The notes beneath the pieces are model-generated. The model did no database searches. It was not told the DNA's origin and was given only the letters and a program-made list of their open reading frames with translations. From assembly GCA_963833425.1 (NCBI GenBank), contig CAWHXP010000003.1, positions 96,001 to 160,000 on the forward strand: a stretch of DNA of 64,000 nucleotides, in the 5' to 3' direction. Source of the DNA: an uncultured Methanosarcinaceae archaeon. Lineage in GTDB: Archaea; Halobacteriota; Methanosarcinia; Methanosarcinales; Methanosarcinaceae. Positions 58,807 through 64,000 of this stretch are shown in pieces. A program made the translations under genes and the position numbers. The first letter of the stretch is position 1, and every line of letters starts with the position of its first letter.

Positions 58807-59391
58807 ATGAGTTGTATCTCCATAGAGTCTATTGGTTCAACTCAAGTTAATTATCAGATTGGTACAATAGTATCATGTCAATTGACAAATAATGGACAAA
58901 TATTCTCAAGTTTTCCACAATTTAGTGCCAATTTACATCAACAATCTTTATCTTCCGGGAACTTAGATACATTAATACTTCAAAAAACGGGAGAATGTAT
59001 TTTAGTTTTTTGGGTAGAAGTTATTGGCTCTCTGTCAAATAGTTTCTTACCAACAAAATACATTGATACAATGAAAATTGATTCAGTTAAAATTGACATT
59101 GTTGATTTAATCGGGATTGAGTTTTGTATCGCTACTGAAGACGGGAGAAAACTATATGATGAAATCTCCCGCAACATAAAGGAAAAGAAAAAAGTGGTTA
59201 TTTCTTTTGATGGAGTGAAATTTTTAACACCTGCTTTTTTTAATGTATCAATTTGTCAATTATATGCGCAGTTTGAAGAAAATATTATAAATGAGTATTT
59301 AGTTGTCTCTGATCTAGAAGAAGTAGATAAGAAAATTCTATCCATACCTGTAACAAAGGCCAAACGTTATTTTAAAAATACATCACCATAA
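58807..59391 (+). CDS. STAS-like (DUF4325) domain protein with N-terminal extension
   Basis: CIATEDGRKLYDEI...VVISFDGVKFLTPAFFNVSICQLY...AKRYF. SD AGGTGA. The TAA may be slightly premature. Confidence 0.7.
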   Translation: MSCISIESIGSTQVNYQIGTIVSCQLTNNGQIFSSFPQFSANLHQQSLSSGNLDTLILQKTGECILVFWVEVIGSLSNSFLPTKYIDTMKIDSVKIDIVDLIGIEFCIATEDGRKLYDEISRNIKEKKKVVISFDGVKFLTPAFFNVSICQLYAQFEENIINEYLVVSDLEEVDKKILSIPVTKAKRYFKNTSP

Positions 59392-59416
59392 GACACACAG
59401 CACAATACTTACTTTG

Positions 59417-60004
59417 GTGAAGGTTACGAATAATTCTAATAATGAGAACTTGTATAAGGATATCAATCGATGTGATTACACTGAAAGCTAAGGCTATCTA
59501 TTTGACGCAAATATTTGGATACGTACCATTTATATGCCAATTTATTATAAATTAACTGAATATACGGATATCTATACCAGAATGCTACGAAATATGACGA
59601 TTCGAAAGTGCAATATATATACTAATACTATGATAATTTCTGAAATTGCTACTAAAATTTTAAGATACGAATTCAACGTATATAAAAAAGAATTGGGCTT
59701 GAAAAGTACTGAATTTAAGGTTTTTCGCGATACAGATATTTATAAAGAAACAACTTCATTGGTTGCAAACTGTATCAGAAAAATAGCTAAATTATCTAAA
59801 ATATGCGATCTTAATAGAAACGATAACGATTTACTATATGAATTAGCAGATGACTTTGCAGCAGCTAACTACGATTTTAATTATATAGTCTTTGCAAAAA
59901 TTTGTAAGGAACATAATTTAACTTTTGTCACTCACGATAAAGATTTTAAGAATCATGGAATCAAAGTTATGACTGCAAATAAAAATTTACTAAAGTCTAT
60001 TTGA
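59417..60004 (+). pseudogene. PIN-domain (VapC-like) nuclease with an in-frame TAA at 59489
   Basis: YLFDANIW (upstream of the listed ATG), IISE, DFN and VTHDKDF. GTG 59417 is in frame. Confidence 0.75.
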
Positions 60005-60339
60005 TTTATTGTTTAACAAATTAATTATTTTTAATCAAATACTTCTCATTGTTTTTCTCAATTTTCAATGTTTATCCAACGAAACTTCACAGTCACTTCT
60101 TAAACTGTCCAGTCGACGCAGGCTTCACATAACCAAACTAAAAATATATTAAATATAAGATTCAATTATATTTATTAAATAAAGTAAAGAAACGGAATCA
60201 TCATGGAAGACCTTCAAATTAACTCCCGATATAACACAGATAGTTGGTGACAATGTTGCTTTGGGACTTCCCATATGCTCTGGCTGCCGAATTCACAGGC
60301 ATAGCATATCAAATATTCAATGAGAACATCCGTGATCTA

Positions 60340-61390
60340 AGGGATATTTCCGATCGCAAAAAAGCAGAAGAATTACTGCGAAAGAGCTAGATGCGACTGC
60401 GTCAGTTTTAAGAATCTGGTATTGTGGGCGTGTTATTACGATATTGCAGAACTGAAAATCACAGGAGTAGACACACCCTGAGAAAGAGTTCTTCCGCAAT
60501 ATAGTTCTCAAGTACCTATCCTTATCGGAGTAGCTACATCGATGAGGCACGCAATGAAGATGTAGTATTTGTTCTTGATGTAATTGACCGCAAAAATGCA
60601 GAAATAATGTTAAAATAGAAATTAGAAGAGCTTACCCGTTCAAATGAAGAATTCGAGTGATTTGCTTACGTTTCTTCTCATGATTTAGAAGAACCATTAA
60701 GGATGATAGCAAGTTATTGCAGCTTTTACAAAAGAGATATCAGGGTAATCTCGATGATAAGGCTGATAAATACATACACTTTGCTGTTGCTGGGGCTTCC
60801 CGTATGCAAAACTTGATAAATGATCTTTTAGATTTCTCTGAGTGACTAGAAATCCTAGAGAATCTGAAACTGTGAATTGTGAATTTATTTTGAATCAGGC
60901 ACTATCAAATCTAAAATTTAGAATAAGAGATAATAATGCCGCTGTACCTCATGATCCTTTACCTAATGTAATGGCAGATTCTAATCAGCTGGTTCAGGTA
61001 TTTCAGAATCTGATACTCAATGGAATAAAATTTCACAGTGAAGAAGCACCAAAAATATATATTTCCGCAGAGAAAAAGGAGGCAGAATAGATTTTTTCAG
61101 TTCAGAATAACGGGATTGGAATTGATCTACAACATTTTAAGAAGATAGTTGAAATTTTTAAAAGACTACATACCAGGGAAAAATATTTTGGAACTTGAAT
61201 AGAGCTTGCAGTTTGTAAGAAAATTATAGAAAGGCATGGTGGAGTATATGGGTTGAATCTGAACTAGGCGAAAGTTCAACTTCTTATTTCACTTTATCAA
61301 TCAACTCCACAAAATTTCAAAAACTAAGTTTTAACATATCAGAAAAACGCTTCCAAATTTTTATTGAAATTTATCGATTAAAGAAATCTA
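60340..61390 (+). pseudogene. PAS/histidine kinase relic
   Basis: LTRSNEEFE*FAYVSSHDLEEPLRMI, QVFQNLILNGIKF, NNGIGID, CKKIIERHGG. Many stops. Confidence 0.85.
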
Positions 61391-62031
61391 AGGATGGAAA
61401 CATAATTTTTCTGGCTTGAATTTATGAAGTTACCATTGAAATTAAATCAATGTGACTCCATAATATGTGGTTCATTTGCTGTGACATCTTGCAGGTTCGC
61501 AGAAGGCTATAATATCTATTATTTTACGAAAAAAACCAATAATTAATTTCAAAGTAATACAAATTATAGTTGTAAAAAGTATAGGTAATTATAGTAGTTT
61601 ATCATCAACTAAAAGTTGTATATGATAGTCAACAGTACCGATTGAACCAAAATCTAGAAACTACATTTTACCAATTTTTAAGCATACATATTTAAAATAA
61701 TTTATTTTCTTACTGTGTTAAAAAATTTCTAGCGTTTTATAAAAAAAAACATTCTTTTTAATATCCACGGTAGTTTGCATGCCATAGTTCTATTTTTATA
61801 GTACAAAAGTATCTTAAAATAGAAGCCAGTTAGACAATAACAATTATTTGGGAATTTCCATCCCTGAGCAAGCTGAAGAACATTCGCCTGAAATAAACTT
61901 TTTGATCTATGAAATTTCAAAAATCCAAGCAAAAGTTATAAGTAGTAATTTGAGTATTAGAAGTGTTGTTTGATAAGGATGCATCCTTAAAAAAGCCTTT
62001 CAACGTCGATAATTTCAAAAAACTGGCAGAT

Positions 62032-62105
62032 GGGCCCGTAGCTTAGCCTGGTGGAGCGCACGGCTGATAACCGTGAGGTCCTGCGTTCGAATCGCAGCGG
62101 GCCCA
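62032..62105 (+). tRNA. tRNA-Ile(GAT)
   Basis: GGGCCCG acceptor stem, anticodon arm CACGG-CTGATAA-CCGTG, T loop GTTCGAATC. Confidence 0.95.
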
Positions 62106-62159
62106 CTATATTTTCTTTGAATTCTTTTTATGGCAATCTCAAGTTTAGACAGAAAAAAA

Positions 62160-63318
62160 TTCTCCGATAATAGATTCATGAGGGTTACAATTTATATTTG
62201 ATTTTTTTTCCTTTGCGTGATTCCTGTCCAAATATTTCTTGCAACTTTTGTATTTTGACATTATTTTTTTATTTCTTGTCCATCATTCTTTGATTTTAAA
62301 GATAGTTTCTGTTATCCCTAAGATATTTATTCTATCTCCGATTTCATCAATAGATAGAGATTCTAACAAAAAGCTGTATACAATATCGTCAAATTCGTTC
62401 TTTGAGCAAAAGTGACAAGCCCTTTTCCTTCTTTGAATATCTTTTTAGTCTTTGCATAAACGCGTTCTTATGTATCTTTTTTAGCTGACACTCTTGTTTC
62501 TTGATACATCACTCATCTAGAGAGGTTCTTTTATTCTTCTTTTCATTGCTTTATCCTAAACTTTTGATTTTGCTTCAAAGTATCATCTGTTCATGCATAT
62601 AACTTCATTTTTTTTCTGAAATATCTTCATTCGAATCATGGAGTAATGAAGTTGTTGTTTTGAATCTTCTGGTCAGCTCATAGCCCTTCTCCATTATGCA
62701 ATGTAGTTTCGATCCAAAGTGTGGCTTACTACCTTTTTTATCGACCTCCAGTCACTGATGACCCTTTTTGTTTATTTTCTCGAGGTTTATCTGCTTTTGT
62801 ATGTTGAATTCAGATGAATAAAAGTAGAATCTTACTCATTTCTTTTTCTATTTTCAAAACCTAGGCTACCAAGTTAGTTTTACAACTGTTTCAACATTTC
62901 CTCTTCTTTTCGGTTATCAATAATTCTGTTCGTCGATGACTAGATTGTGATACTGTCGGTATGTACTCTGGAAAACAAAGAAGTTTCCTGAAAGACATTC
63001 TAGCGATAAACAATTATCAATTTAAAGCAGGGAAAACCATACATTGCTGTAAAATAAGCATTTTTAACGTAGTAATTAAGCAGCTTCAGGTCTGCCGCAG
63101 GAAATAGTTTTATTAAAAAATATTATGGATTCAAAAATGATACTAAAAGATTTTTCAATCAATTAAGGAATCAATTTCACAAGTTTGTCTCTAACTGGCT
63201 GGAGAAGTTTTGATTCATCTTTAAGAGCAAAACAGTAAGAGCTTTCATACGTAAAAATTGATACTACTAAATTTAAATTTTGCAATGATCAAATGCATGG
63301 GATTTATTGAAATTTTCC
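62160..63318 (-). mobile_element. Old, highly degraded IS5 relic
   Basis: Reverse-strand similarity along the whole IS5 transposase. Degenerate TIR GGATTTATTGAAATTTTC near 63300. Confidence 0.65.
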
Positions 63319-63742
63319 ATTATATAATACGAGTTATAACACACAATGGTGTACTTTTAGAGCCCGAATTAACAGATTGAATTAATTCCTACAGTAGTGT
63401 ATCACAAAAAAGCTTCTTATAGGCATAAAATCATTTGGAAAAATGAAAAATCTCACAGTAAAGAAAAAGTAAGATATAAATTTGGATTGTCTGAAGAAAA
63501 CGGAGTTATTTAGCTTATTTATGAGGTATGAAATTTATGATTTCTTCAAATTATGATTATATTTAATTCATAAATAACGTGACATTTTATGTTTAATATA
63601 GGTCTCTCAATTTTTGTTATTGGATGATTATCATAACTCCTACCAACCTTCCGACAATGGTTAAGTGCACAATCATTCGCATGTACCGAACACAGTGCTG
63701 AAAGTACAAACGACATAAAATTCGCATGCAGAATAAAATGAA

Positions 63743-64000
63743 TTAAGAAAAATTTGAAATTAGTTTTTTTAGATGGATTCTTTCATTGGCAGCGTCCTTA
63801 AGGAGGACATCTGTTTCGGAAATATTTACAATAAAGCGAGCAATATTTTCATCATTTTCTCCTGAACATACGAGTGCTTCGGCAAGTCCTTCAAGAATTT
63901 CAACTCCCAAAAGCCCTTTTTCAACTATCATCTCGTCAATAAGTTGGCATCCTCTAGTAAAATTTCCTGCGAGAGCTGAATTTAGCAGTTCGTCTACAGT
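63743..64000 (-). CDS. Replication factor C small subunit, C-terminal part (partial at window edge)
   Basis: VDELLNSALAGNF...IDEMIVEKGL...ISETDVLL..AANERIHL resembles the RFC collar domain. Confidence 0.65.
   Translation of the reverse strand, partial: TVDELLNSALAGNFTRGCQLIDEMIVEKGLLGVEILEGLAEALVCSGENDENIARFIVNISETDVLLKDAANERIHLKKLISNFS

Noticed and set aside
60340..61390. Pyrrolysine (TAG) read-through rescuing pseudogenes
   Set aside because: The TAG at 61088 falls where a conserved Trp (TGG) is expected, and the same genes also carry TAA/TGA stops and frameshifts. The stops in the PIN cassette are TAA.
1..64000. CRISPR array or cas genes
   Set aside because: No regularly spaced 25-40 bp repeats with unique spacers. 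The 24-bp repeat at 20635 has two adjacent copies and no spacer, and the repeats at 18.0-18.3 kb are protein-coding blades.

Overview
Chromosomal window of a methanogenic archaeon, very probably Methanosarcina. The assignment is inferred from gene content and order: DUF99-pan-mbf1, cbiTLFG(N)G(C)HC, hisI-PINA, aIF-1A, DRG GTPase, ilvE, F390 synthetase, tRNA-Ala(GGC), tRNA-Ile(GAT) and an RFC small-subunit C-terminus. Core housekeeping genes are intact. Nearly every accessory gene is broken by frameshifts or nonsense codons, and the intergenic DNA is full of IS relics (IS5, IS200, probable IS630) and MITEs, which is the picture of a genome under erosion. The main observations are: (i) an AT-rich three-gene cassette (tandem-repeat protein, STAS-like DUF4325, PIN nuclease) between the two tRNAs, a candidate toxin/defence module; (ii) two dead IS200 relics homogenised over 393 bp as an inverted repeat around aIF-1A; (iii) nine copies of an ~88-bp MITE with IS5 ends; (iv) a hidden polymorphic-toxin tip plus immunity-like relic; (v) a perfect 216-bp tandem duplication in front of the cobalamin operon; (vi) an apparent non-canonical start for cbiG. 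All family assignments come from manual motif recognition. No database search was run.
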